64,000 nt of DNA. Origin: Mytilus edulis. Taxonomy: Eukaryota. The stretch's first letter is position 1, and every line of letters starts with the position of its first letter. Below the pieces are notes generated by a model, which was not told the origin of the DNA, made no database searches, and saw nothing but the letters and a program-made list of their open reading frames with translations. Location: positions 8,184,001 to 8,248,000 of the forward strand of contig NC_092345.1 in the NCBI RefSeq assembly GCF_963676685.1. The letters run 5' to 3'. Positions 51,003 to 64,000 of this stretch are shown here, piece by piece. Position numbers and translations under genes: made by a program.

Positions 51003-54000
51003 ATGGAGAATGCTGAATGTATATACCATACTGGCCCAGTTACAGCACTTCATGTAGAAGGCACCTACATTATTGCAGGTTTGTATGGTGAATAGATAAC
51101 ACATGTATTAGATACTGGTATATCTTATATATCAACTTAGAAAATCTCAATCAAATCCTGTCAGTTAAATGGAAACTAATGGTGAATTTGAAGACATTTA
51201 TAATCACAATATCTTGTTTATAATTTCAAAGAACTTGCAATCTATGATTCTATTTTTTATCCCCCCGCTGTAGCAGTGGGGGCATTAAGTTTTACCCTTG
51301 TCCGTCCGTACATACGTCCTATAATTGGTTTCCGTTCTCTAACTTTAGTTTGCCTCAACCAAATGTTATGAAATTTATACACAATGCTTATTACCACATC
51401 ACACAGGTCAAGTTTTAATTTTTGTGGTGTTACTTTTACTGTTCTAGAATTATGGCCCTTAACAAATGGAAATAATTGCTAAAGTTTTGTTTCCCCTTCT
51501 CTTACTTTAGTTTGCCTCAACCAAACTTATACACAATGCCTATTACCACAATACACAGATCAAGTTTGAATTTGGATAGCATCCCTTTTACCATTCTAGA
51601 GTTATTCCTTTTTACAAATGAAAATTTGGTGGCATCACTTTTCCTTCTATTGAGTTATGCCCCTTTACAAATTGAAAATAAAGTTTTACATTTTTGTTTT
51701 CTAACTAAAGTTTGCTTCAAGCAAATTCTATGAAAGTTATACACAATGTTTATTACAACAAAACTCAAATCAAATGTGGCTAGTGTCACTTTTACTGTTC
51801 TTAAGAAATGTCCCTTAATAATGTTACAAAATGTACATGCAAGCAGGGGCATCATATGTGTCACATGGACACATTACCCATTTATTTCATAAATGATTTA
51901 TACACTTCATTGGGGCACACTATGTTTGCGCGCATTTGGGGATTAAAATGTTTTACGTTTGTGCGCAGCTTTCGATTACATTTGCACGCATTCATTTTAC
52001 AGGTAAACTGAGGTAAAAATATAAATCAAAATTAAATCAAATTGTAATTGACTATATATTATTTTTATTTTCATAATAAATATGACTATCAATTATTAAT
52101 TTTGAAAACATTTCCTAAGTCAAATTATATATTGTTCATTGTGAGTATTTCAGGATGAAAAGTGTTTCAACTTATAGTGTTCGTTTTTAAAATTAGTAAA
52201 TAATTCAAATTAGTTTGTGAAGTTACACCAAGGTACAAACTTGGAGTTTCGGCACGTACCGACATGTAAAGTAATGAATTTATCCATACTTTTAACTTTA
52301 TTAAACAGCTATGTTTTAACATTTTAAAATTTTAACATTTTCATATGGATATATTTCTAGGATTTAGTGCTTGTGCATAATAAAACGGACTTATCTTGCT
52401 CGAAATCCCACTTCCATCTCATCGTTGGTGAGCAGTAGACCATGATTAACAGGATTGAGTACTTATTACTTACAACTTACAACTCCCGTTAGCGCCATGT
52501 GTCGCATAGGGCGCGAATTGAGTACTTATACTTATTAATAATTGAACAAATTATAAATAAGTAAGTGTTATCACCTGTATTTACCTGTCAAAAAAATGCG
52601 CGCAATTGTAATCAAAAGCTGCGCGCAAACGTAATGATTTTTGCGCACAAATGTAATGGTAATGCGCGCAAACGTAATGCACCGCTTCATTGTACTATAA
52701 AATATTTGTTGAGATTGTTTGCCCTTTTTTACTTTGCATTCTGAACTGGGTATGATATGAAGTAAATTTAATTCAGTTAATGGAGACAGGTAATGTTAGA
52801 TAATATCAGAGATTATATTTGAAGCTAATTATTAATTTTGACATTGTTTCAGGTTGTATGACAAAATGTATGATGATAAAACTATGCAATGTTTGTTTCA
52901 GGTAGTGGTGATTACTTGTACTTGTATGACAGTAAAACTACCCAATGTTGGCAAAGGCTCTCAGCATTAACTTGTACAAGAATTCATGGGATAAGATCAG
53001 GTATGTGATCAACCCACATAATCACCCACATTCACACAACCAATGTCTGCAGTATCCATTTTAGACTAGACTTTACCTGAAATAATGTGATAATCTATCT
53101 AAAGAAGTAAAACTTAGGATTTTGAATGATACTGTTTTGTATTTCCTAATTTTAATTGGATCATCCTTTTCTGTTTTTTAAAATTCCTTTTTTAAAATAT
53201 GTATGCCACAACTTTATATTGACCAAATACAACTTTATATTGACATTTTACATTGATGGCAAGACTATCATTTGATCAATTCTTTGAGAATTCAAAGTTT
53301 GTGAAATATCCAACATAAAATGATGTATAGCATTTATTTCAATGGCAATCATATTTGTAATATTTTAGACAACAATGGCCAGTTGTGTGCTTTTGGTGAG
53401 AAGAGAGCCTGTATTGTAACCATAGATACAGATACATTGTCACACACAGATAGGAAGACTCTACTTCAGGATTTAATCTGGGATTCACAGTTCTTAAAGG
53501 TTTGTATTATATGATCTTCAGAACAGTTAATAATTGTGTAGTATGTTGGTTTCATTGTCTGAAAGGGAACAGGTGAACAGTTTTATCAATTTTAACCACT
53601 GTGAATTCAGAATTTATGTTGAATTTATTAATTTAATTTGGAAAAGTTATTTAAAAGGTTGCGCATGGGAATTGGTTTTCTAGCTTTAGCATGTTTCATG
53701 TGTTTGGGGAAACAATACATGTATGAACTCACATAAAATTTTCTTTATGTTTTTCCATATTCATCAAACATGACCATTCTTACGTACAAACAGAATTTGA
53801 ACAGTATTTTAAACTTGATTTTGTTCTATTTACACAGATTAAAGGTCAGGTTGTTTTTGCTTTGGCACACAACACCATTGTTAGATGGGACAGCGGTAAT
53901 GATAAGATTCTGGACATTGTACAGTGTGAAGAAAACAGTATTCTGTATCCTTACTCTAAGATGATAATCAAGCATCACACACACCGTGAATTTTATTAAT

Positions 54001-57000
54001 ATCGAGTATTATCGAGGATTGATGATATATTATATTTTAACTGATATTTGAATGAGTGTTGTTTTTTGGTTTCTTAATTCTTGGAAAAAATCTGCTGAGG
54101 ATTCATGTCATGAACTAAGCATTCAGATATTTCAAATATTGGGGTGGGATGGGGTGGGGTGCAGTTTCTTTTCAACTTTCTTCGGAGCGGCTATTTGTCG
54201 TCTAAGATAGAAAAACAAATGAAAAGTTTGATACAACTATTATTTCATGGTTTTAGCATAAAAGCGAATTATAAGAATTAAAAGCATGCACAAACGTTTA
54301 GAAGGAAGCCATTCTGCACCGCATACAAAATGTGCAATGGCCAAAGCTTTTATACAGAATAACAGCATAAAAGAAGCATTTAATTCTTATTTATTAAATA
54401 AGGAATTGCATTTTCAGGACAAGCATTATTTACTGTGCTTAATTTTATCTTAATTCTATATTTGTGTAACACGAACTATTTATATAGTTTAATGAATTCT
54501 TTTATCTCATTGTTATATTGCAGTTATTTAAAAAGCTTTCTTTAATAGTAGATTTTCAGATACTGTGCACGTTTTATTACATCAAGTTGGGAGAATTTGA
54601 TTTTAGCTGCTGGAACAGTAACAAATCAAGTTTTGTTGTGGTCACCTAATACTACAAGAAATAGTTTGGGACTTTGCACAATAATTCACAGGTTCAAAGG
54701 TCACCAGGTAGGTATTAATGTTGTTTATATTTCTTTATTGGTGTAGAAAAATTAAGAATTCCACAATTGAAGATTTTGTTTAGTAGAAAAAAATATTAAA
54801 AACAAAATGCATTATAAACACATGAATACATATTCAAAAGATGTAAAGTTTTAATTTAACTTAGATTGTTACAAATCTGCAAATTGGCTGCATGCCTATG
54901 TGAGCAAGTCACTTATAATTCCGGAGTTTATTCAATGTATAACTGGTTAAGTTATATTTTTATTGTGACATGGAAACACTGGAAAGAACATATCATGATA
55001 ATGCAGAAATGAAGATTTGAAAATGAACGTAGAAGTAAATTGTTGTACCTAGGCCCTTTTAATAACATCTGTAGGAATACCTGCCACATTTTGTTAATTA
55101 GTAAAATAAAGATCAATCATCAACTATGTCACTTCTATCAGCCTTAACTTACACCTGGCTACAACAAGAATATTTAATTACAACTAAATTCAAATACTGA
55201 GGTGCCTGTCTTTGGACATGCAACCTTATGGTAACAGGATTAAATTAGTGATTTAGCTCTCAAACTCTAAAAAGTTAAATGCATGGACAAAGTGTCTTAC
55301 TGTAATAAAATCTAGTATTGATTTTTATTCTTTTCAATTTTTAATAGTAAAACTTCTTTATCAATATTATTTCAGGGTGTTATTTTCTCGGTGCGATACA
55401 ACACACAAAGACAGCAAATTTGTTCTGTTTCTGATGACAGGAGCATTAGAATATGGCAAATGACCTTTCCTGGTAGGATTACTATGGTAACAGATGACCT
55501 TGACATAGAAGATTGGACTGGGTGTCAGAGCACTCCACTACATGTTTTATATGGACATTCAGCCAGAGTCTGGGACATCAATTTACTGAGTAACGTTATG
55601 ATCAGTATTGGCGAGGTAATTACTAAATAATTTATACATTCTATGATTTTGTTGTATGATACCTCATATCACCTAACAGGAATTAATGAACAAATAGAAT
55701 TTTTATCTTTTTATAAGTAGAAAAATTTCTAAATACCACTTATGGAAATCAGAATACAATCAGATATTAAAAGTCAACTTAAAATCTTTTTATTATGATA
55801 TACATGTAGTTTAGTGTGATACTAAGCACATAATATTAAAGTGAAAATGAATATTATATAAAGTACATTTAAACCAATAAATGTGATTTTTTTCAGGACA
55901 GTTTATGCTGTGTATGGAACTACAATGGAGAGGTCATTCAAAAATTTAAAGGTCACAAGGTAGTTGTTCTTCGTAAATTTATCTTGTTAATTTCCTTATA
56001 TACAGTTTTGTGTGATAAGTAATTAAACATTGTTGTACTTGCTACCTAGTCATTTCATAGCAACCCATGCCTACATTGAGCAACCAATTAAATCTGCTTT
56101 AAACGTGCAGTAAATATTTTCTGACCAATTGGATAAATAAATTTTTAAATGTGTAATGCAGTCCAACAAAGATGCCTGGGTGTCCACCTTGAGAGGATTT
56201 TATCTTTCTGTGAGAATTAGCAATTTTACTTGTTTTCATGCTACTCAGCCATCTCATTAAAATTGATTTCGAACTTTAATTTAAATTTTTAAAGAAAAGC
56301 TTGAATCTTACAGTAGAGTAAGTTTATTTCTTATTAAAAGGAAATTATAATATAGACATTGCAATTTTGATCAGAGCATTATATTTTATACTGTACATGA
56401 AGATGCCACTAATTAGTGATGTTTTCAATTATCTACTGTATGTATGTACTACAGTAGAGATCATTTAAACTGTACCGGTACATTATAACCGGTCTGCAAT
56501 AGAAAGAACTTTTAATTAACAGTTGTGAATTGAAGCAACAGAATTATACTGATCAGTTTTGCATAATTTACATGAGTTGTTAATAAAAGTTTCATTTTTC
56601 AATCACCATCAGACAGGCAATATACAACATTTTCCTGCTCTTTTGTTAAACATTAAAGAATTACCAGTAATGATTAGATATTGAGCCATGTTGCTGTCCT
56701 TGTTCCTGATGATAAAATTGCTGTTTGATTTCAATGTTGTCTCAAATGACATTCTTTTGGCACTGGGATAAAAATTATATGATCTAATGAGTTCATAATT
56801 TTTATTTGCAGGGAAAAAGTATATGGAGTTTAGCTGCAGATAAAAAGGAACAGTTTTTTGTAAGTATAAAAATGTATTGTTATTATACCCCCGCTTTAAA
56901 AAAGGGGGGTATACTGTTTTACCTCTGTCTGTCAGTCCGTCCGTCAGTCCGTCAGTCAGTCCGTCCCATGAAACTTTCGTCACATTTTTCTCAGGAACTA

Positions 57001-59744
57001 CACATCCACCCTTTCTGTAATTTGGTATCAACATTTATATATGTTAGCCATACCGTGTGATGCGTTTTCAGATTCATCACTTGACAACTTCCTGTTTACC
57101 GAACACTTGTATGATTTTACACATGATAGCCAAGTTGAAAATTTTCGTCACATTTTTCTCAGCAACTACAATACAAGGATTTCTGAAATTTGGTTTCAGG
57201 ATTTATATAAGTCAGCTATACCGTGTGATGCGTTTTCAGATTCATCACTTGACAACTTCCTGTTTACCGAACACTTGCATATTTTTACACTATTAATATT
57301 ATCCACTTGCGGCGGGGGTATCATCAGTGAGCAGTAGCTCGCAGTTTCACTTGTGTATATTGGTTTTAGATGCATACCAATGGATGATAAAAGACTGGAG
57401 AAAAATGTTTAATGTTTTTGATAACTGAAGGACACTCATATTTTTAAAAAGAACATGACCAGTATACATGACCAGTATACCAGCTGAAGGACGCCTCCGG
57501 GTGCGGGAATTTCTCGCTACATTGAAGACCTGTTGGTTACCCTCTGCTGTTGTTTTTTATTTGGTCGGGTTGTTGTCTCTTTGACACATTCCCCATTTCC
57601 ATTCTCAATTTTATGGTATAGTTGTAATAGTCAGTTTCTATTTTTTGTAATTCTGAATAAACTATGTGGAGTTTAAAGTACTGTTTTTTCCATATCAATC
57701 TTCTAATTTTCTTCACAAAAAAGAAATACCTTATAGATTTGCGAATGGAAATGGGGAATGTGTCGACAACAAACTGACTAAAGAGTAAAAAATGCAGATG
57801 AAGGCCACAGCAAGATAATCCTGCAACTGGAGGAGGACCTCTGCTGGCTCCTAAACAAAAATGTATTTTTGCTATCAAAACTTGTAACTTGGTTAATGGA
57901 AATGACTCTGTGATCTTTACATGGAGATGTAGGAAAAATGACAGCCTTGTGAAAAATGGACAACTATGATTATTTTTCTTTTCTGTAGGTCACTGGTGGT
58001 GGTGATACCAGTATCAGATTGTGGAAACTTAATGTTGCAGAAAACCAATCAGTGAATAAGTTACATAGTCAAAGTCTACCATTCCAGAATGAAAATGTAA
58101 GTACCTGACTTGAACAGCTATAGGTAAATTATCTCAGTGCATACTTCATTGAAAAAAATCCAATTCCGAAATTTTTATCTCAAATGGATGTCAATGTTAA
58201 TTGTGTAAAAAATATATGGGTTGGATGTATATGAGACAACAGATAAAACCCACAATGAGCCATTGTATTTAAAAGATATAATTATGCTCTCATTGCCATT
58301 CTCTTCTTGGTGACATCACTTTCACCATTCTGGGGTTATGCCCCTTAATAACATTATATGCAAGACGGGCATCATCTGTGTCCCATGTCTCCATTTTGTC
58401 CCTCACTGCTTGACATAACTTTAAACAAACAGAAGAACACAACATTGAGTATATTCAAAACAGATGAGGAGTTTTACAAATAGATAACACTTGCTAATTC
58501 CTATTTTTGTTTTACAGGATTTTGTTAGAGTTGTGTCCCTTTGGAAATCAGATTATGTTATAGGAATTACAGATGAAGGGTAATTATAAACATGTGACCT
58601 TGAACTGGCAATATCTTAATAAGAAAATACTGAAAGTATGTGGATGGCAAATATATACTTCTTTCATAGAACATTATTATGCCTTCTCACACACTAATAC
58701 CAGCTGTCATACCTCTGAATAGATTTTCTAAAGGAATGTCAAGAACAGTTAGAAAAACAACTTTTCATTAGTTCAGAGCTTTTAGAATTTCAACATCACA
58801 GTAACTGATAGGTTTGTAACCAAGATAAGGAAATACATCTGTTCAGACTAAGTAGAACAGTTTAGATAGTGTTGCCAAAAATGGTTCTGAAAGCACCATG
58901 TTCTTTTTGAAGGGTAGAATGGTATACAAATAATAAATTTTAGTGGCCAAATTCATGTTAAAATTTGTTGTTTTAATTCAATGTTTTATTTTGCAGGTCA
59001 CTTTTGATCCATAGCTTAATAGATAATAAAACCTCAGTGATATTTAAAGATCCTAACTTTAAATCGTATACCGTGATAGCAGTATCCCATGTGATAGCTC
59101 TAGGGAATATCAAAGGGACTATACGTCTTGTATATTCAGGTAAATATTATATAGAGCAGTAACAATATTCCAGCTTTTAATTTTGAGGAACATCAGAGGA
59201 ATTCTATAGGCCTTTTATAATGCTGACTATACAGTATAAATATTGCTTGTTGTTGAAAGGACATACAATGACCTAAAGTTGCTTAAATCTGCACATTTGC
59301 AATCACACCTCATATACTTATTTTGTAATGAGCAGACTGATTTTCTTTTAAAGCTTTATAAAATTGACAAAAAAAGTTTAGGAATCTTGCTTATAAATAA
59401 AGTTTGTTATGAAGTTTTATCATGCATTGCAATTGACACAATAAAAATATTATTTGATCTATCAATTCCCAGTATTTTTTCAATAGACCAAACTCTGCCT
59501 TAACTATTGTCTTCAAGTGCCAATTTTAAAATTTGTTTATTTAAGTGAACAAACCTGTTTAGTGTTGCTAGTATTACACATACATTTAAGTAAATTGATC
59601 ATGTTTAGAATTTTGTGATTTTCAGAGAATCTGACCGACATGAAGTTTAGATGGACTGATTATGATATCTATAAAGGGAAAGTACTCTCTATCCACTGGC
59701 TGTCAGAAGATCTTTTGTTAACCACTGGACCAGACGGACTTATT
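51003..59744 (+). CDS. WDR6: WD-repeat protein 6 (Trm734-like tRNA methyltransferase partner), 5' part; continues beyond the window
   Basis: Exons 51003-51078, 52902-53000, 53369-53499, 53838-53944, 54560-54707, 55376-55615, 55897-55959, 56812-56859, 57989-58096, 58518-58579, 58997-59139, 59626-59744, phase-compatible. Motifs GPVTAL, FALAHN, LAAGTVTNQVLLW, GHQGVIFS, SVSDDRSIRIW, GHSARVW, SIGEDS, GHKGKSIWSL, TGGGDTSIRLW and GKVLSIHW...TGPDG match the WDR6 family pattern as I recall it. Confidence 0.85.
51255..51880 (+). mobile_element. Helentron-associated (HINE/DINE-1-like) element
   Basis: ttttatcccccc..ggggcatta start hairpin, gtccgtccgt microsatellite, three degenerate internal repeats (tttatacacaatgc.tattaccaca), and a ggggcatcatatgtgtc end. 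Confidence 0.6.
51915..52690. mobile_element. Probable MITE with degenerate inverted termini
   Basis: gtttgcgcgcatt / gcgcagctttcgattaca at the left pair with tgtaatcaaaagctgcgc / aatgcgcgcaaac at the right. Confidence 0.55.
53945..54559 (+). other. Probable U12-type (minor spliceosome) GT-AG intron in WDR6
   Basis: Donor GTATCCTTA; branch-like tttctttaat ending ~13 nt before the acceptor AG; splicing gives in-frame CEENSIL-YCARF. Confidence 0.7.
56880..57355 (+). mobile_element. Helentron-associated (HINE/DINE-1-like) element inserted ~20 nt after a WDR6 donor
   Basis: ttatacccccgc..ggggggtata start, (GTCY)n microsatellite, two ~168-bp internal repeats (ataccgtgtgatgcgttttcagattcatcacttgacaacttcc), subterminal inverted gcgggggtat, and 3' stem gtgagcagtagctcgc. 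Confidence 0.7.
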
Positions 59745-62700
59745 GTAAGTATGTTGATATCTATAAAGGGAAAGTACTCACTATCCACTGGCTGTCAGAA
59801 GATCTTTTGTTAACCACTGGACCAGACGGACTTATTGTAAGTATGTTGATATCTATAAAGGGAAAGTACTCTCTATCCACTGGCTGTCAGAAGATCTTTT
59901 GTTAACCACTGGACCAGACGGACTTATTGTAAGTATGTTGATATCTATAAAGGGAAAGTACTCTCTATCCACTGGCTGTCAGAAGATCTTTTGTTAACCA
60001 CTGGACCAGACGGACTTATTGTAAGTATGTTGATATCTATAAAGGGAAAGTACTCTCTATCCACTGGCTATCAGAAGATCTCTTGTTAACCACTGGACCA
60101 GACGGACTTATTGTAAGTATGTTGATATCTATAAAGGGAAAGTACTCTCTATCCACTGGCTGTCAGAAGATCTTTTGTTAACCACTGGACCAGACGGACT
60201 TATTGTAAGTATGTTGATATCTATAAAGGGAAAGTACTCTCTATCCACTGGCTGTCAGAAGATCTTTTGTTAACCACTGGACCAGACGGACTTATTGTAA
60301 GTATGTGGATATCTATAAAGGGAAAGTACTCACTATCCACTGGCTGTCAGAAGATCTTTTGTTAACCACTGGACCAGACGGACTTATTGTAAGTATGTGG
60401 ATATCTATAAAGGGAAAGTACTCTCTATCCACTGGCTGTCAGAAGATCTTTTGTTAACCACTGGACCAGACGGACTTATTGTAAGTATGTTGATATCTAT
60501 AAAGGGAAAGTACTCTCTATCCACTGGCTGTCAGAAGATCTTTTGTTAACCACTGGACCAGACGGACTTATTGTAAGTATGTGGATATCTATAAAGGGAA
60601 AGTACTCACTATCCACTGGCTGTCAGAAGATCTCTTGTTAACCACTGGACCAGACGGACTTATTGTAAGTATGTGGATATCTATAAAGGGAAAGTACTCA
60701 CTATCCACTGGCTGTCAGAAGATCTTTTGTTAACCACTGGACCAGACGGACTTATTGTAAGTATGTTGATATCTATAAAGGGAAAGTACTCTCTATCCAC
60801 TGGCTATCAGAAGATCTTTTGTTAACCACTGGACCAGACGGACTTATTGTACATTTGTAAGTATGTTGATATCTATAAAGGGAAAGTACTCTCTATCCAC
60901 TGGCTATCAGAAGATCTTTTGTTAACCACTGGACCAGACGGACTTATTGTAAGTATGTGGATATCTATAAAGGGAAAGTACTCTCTATCCACTGGCTGTC
61001 AGAAGATCTTTTGTTAACCACTGGACCAGACGGACTTATTGTAAGTATGTTGATATCTATAAAGGGAAAGTACTCACTATCCACTGGCTGTCAGAAGATC
61101 TTTTGTTAACCACTGGACCAGACGGACTTATTGTAAGTATGTTGATATCTATAAAGGGAAAGTACTCTCTATCCACTGGCTGTCAGAAGATCTTTTGTTA
61201 ACCACTGGACCAGACGGACTTATTGTAAGTATGTTGATATCTATAAAGGGAAAGTACTCTCTATCCACTGGCTATCAGAAGATCTTTTGTTAACCACTGG
61301 ACCAGACGGACATATTGTAAGTAAGTTGATATCTATAAAGAGAAAGTACTCTCTATCCACTGGCTATCAGAAGATCTTTTGTTAACCTCAGGACCAGACG
61401 GACATATTGTAAGTATGTTGATATCTATAAAGGGAAAGTACTCTCTATCCACTGGCTGTCAGAAGATCTTTTGTTAACCACTGGACCAGACGGACTTATT
61501 GTAAGTATGTTGATATCTATAAAGGAAAAGTACTCTCTATCCACTGGCTATCAGAAGATCTTTTGTTAACCACTGGACCAGACGGACTTATTGTAAGTAT
61601 GTTGATATCTATAAAGGGAAAGTACTCACTATCCACTGGCTATCAGTAGATCTTTTGTTAACCACTGGACCAGACAGACTTATTGTAAGTATGTTGATAT
61701 CTATAAAGGGAAAGTACTCTCTATCCACTGGCTGTCAGAAGATCTTTTGTTAACCACTGGACCAGACAGACTTATTGTAAGTATGTTGATATCTATAAAG
61801 GAAAAGTACTCTCTATCCATTGGCTATCAGAAGATCTTTTGTTAACCACTGGACCAGACGGACTTATTGTAAGTATGTTGATATCTATAAAGGGAAAGTA
61901 CTCTCTATCCACTGGCTGTCAGAAGATCTTTTGTTAACCACTGGACCAGACGGACTTATTGTAAGTATGTTGATATCTATAAAGGGAAAGTACTCTCTAT
62001 CCACTGGCTATCAGAAGATCTCTTGTTAACCACTGGACCAGACGGACTTATTGTAAGTATGTGGATATCTATAAAGGGAAAGTACTCACTATCCACTGGC
62101 TGTCAGAAGATCTTTTGTTAACCACTGGACCAGACGGACTTATTGTAAGTATGTTGATATATACAAAGGGAAAGTACTCTCTATCCACTGGCTGTCAGAA
62201 GATCTTTTGTTAACCACTGGACCAGACGGACTTATTGTAAGTATGTTGATATATACAAAGGGAAAGTACTCACTATCCACTGGCTGTCAGAAGATCTTTT
62301 GTTAACCACTGGACCAGACGGACTTATTGTAAGTATGTTGATATCTATAAAGGGAAAGTACTCACTATCCACTGGCTATCAGTAGATCTTTTGTTAACCA
62401 CTGGACCAGACGGACTTATTGTAAGTATGTTGATATCTATAAAGGGAAAGTACTCTCTATCCACTGGCTGTCAGAAGATCTTTTGTTAACCACTGGACCA
62501 GACGGACTTATTGTAAGTATGTGGATATCTATAAAGGGAAAGTACTCTCTATCCACTGGCTATCAGAAGATCTTTTGTTAACCACTGGACCAGACGGACT
62601 TATTGTAAGTATGTGGATATCTATAAAGGGAAAGTACTCTCTATCCACTGGCTGTCAGAAGATCTTTTGTTAACCACTGGACCAGACGGACTTATTGTAA

Positions 62701-64000
62701 GTATGTTGATATCTATAAAGGAAAAGTACTCTCTATCCACTGGCTGTCAGAAGATCTTTTGTTAACCACTGGACCAGACGGACTTATTGTAAGTATGTTG
62801 ATATCTATAAAGGGAAAGTACTCTCTATCCACTGGCTTTCAGAAGATCTTTTGTTAACCACTGGACCAGACAGACTTATTGTAAGTATGTTGATATCTAT
62901 AAAGGGAAAGTACTCTCTATCCACTGGCTATCAGAAGATCTTTTGTTAACCACTGGACCAGACGGACTTATTGTAAGTATGTTGATATCTATAAAGGAAA
63001 AGTACTCTCTATCCACTGGCTGTCAGAAGATCTTTTGTTAACCTCTGGACCAGACGGACTTATTGTAAGTATGTTGATATCTATAAAGGGAAAGTACTCT
63101 CTATCCACTGGCTATCAGAAGATCTTTTGTTAACCACTGGACCAGACGGACTTATTGTAAGTATGTTGATATCTATAAAGGGAAAGTACTCTCTATCCAC
63201 TGGCTGTCAGAAGATCTTTTGTTAACCACTGGACCAGACGGACTTATTGTAAGTATGTTGATATCTATAAAGGGAAAGTACTCACTATCCACTGGCTATC
63301 AGTAGATCTTTTGTTAACCACTGGACCAGACGGACTTATTGTAAGTATGTTGATATCTATAAAGGGAAAGTACTCTCTATCCACTGGCTGTCAGAAGATC
63401 TTTTGTTAACCACTGGACCAGACGGACTTATTGTAAGTATGTTGATATCTATAAAGGGAAAGTACTCTCTATCCACTGGCTGTCAGAAGATCTTTTATTA
63501 ACCACTGGACCAGACGGACATATTGTAAGTAAGTTGATATCTATAAAGAGAAAGTACTCTCTATCCACTGGCTGTCAGAAGATCTTTTGTTAACCACTGG
63601 ACCAGACGGACTCATTGTAAGTATGTTGATATCTATAAAGGGAAAGTACTCTCTATCCACTGGCTATCAGAAGATCTTTTGTTAACCACTGGACCAGACG
63701 GACTTATTGTAAGTATGTGGATATCTATAAAGGGAAAGTACTCTCTATCCACTGGCTGTCAGAAGATCTTTTGTTAACCACTGGACCAGACGGACTTATT
63801 GTTAGTATATGTTGATATCTATAAAGGGAAAGTACTCTCTATCCACTAACTGTCAGAAGATCTTTTGTTAACCACTGGACCAGACGGACTTATTGTAAGT
63901 ATGTTGATATCTATAAAGGGAAAGTACTCTCTATCCACTGGCTATCAGAAGATCTTTTGTTAACCACTGGACCAGACGGACTTATTGTAAGTATGTTGAT
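59664..64000 (+). repeat. 92-bp tandem array (>=47 copies, truncated by window edge) = last 81 nt of a WDR6 exon + 11 nt donor
   Basis: Period 92 (gatatctata at 59664, 59756, ...). The first copy is coding DIYKGKVLSIHWLSEDLLLTTGPDGLI followed by gtaagtatgtt. Confidence 0.97.

Noticed and set aside
56609-57337. ORFs of 141, 98 and 79 aa
   Set aside because: They fall in a microsatellite-bearing non-autonomous repeat element and show no protein motifs.
59664-64000. Dscam-like mutually exclusive exon cluster or WD-repeat expansion
   Set aside because: Units lack acceptor, branch point and polypyrimidine tract, have only 11 nt between copies, and 92 is not a multiple of 3.

Overview
AT-rich, intron-rich animal genomic DNA. 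The repeat landscape looks bivalve/mollusc-like, possibly Mytilus; this is an inference. Four spliced genes can be reconstructed by hand. (1) The 5' part of a secreted Ly6/uPAR (three-finger)-type protein gene on the minus strand (ATG 8026, running off the left edge). (2) A complete adenylate kinase 8 gene (+, 9463-21082). (3) A complete or near-complete SKI2/SKIV2L RNA helicase gene (-, 22251-46790). (4) The 5' part of a WDR6-like gene (+, ATG 51003, running off the right edge), head-to-head with SKIV2L and carrying a probable U12-type intron. Introns hold a truncated CR1/L2-group LINE, several MITE- and Helentron-like non-autonomous elements, and minisatellites. The most striking pattern is four unrelated tandem arrays in three genes (34, 72, 52 and 92 bp units). 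Each unit is the 3' end of the host gene's own coding exon plus its 5' splice donor and only 10-21 nt of intron, amplified about 6 to 64 times directly downstream of the true donor. No acceptor-spanning array was found. In all four cases, use of any donor other than the first meets a premature stop codon.
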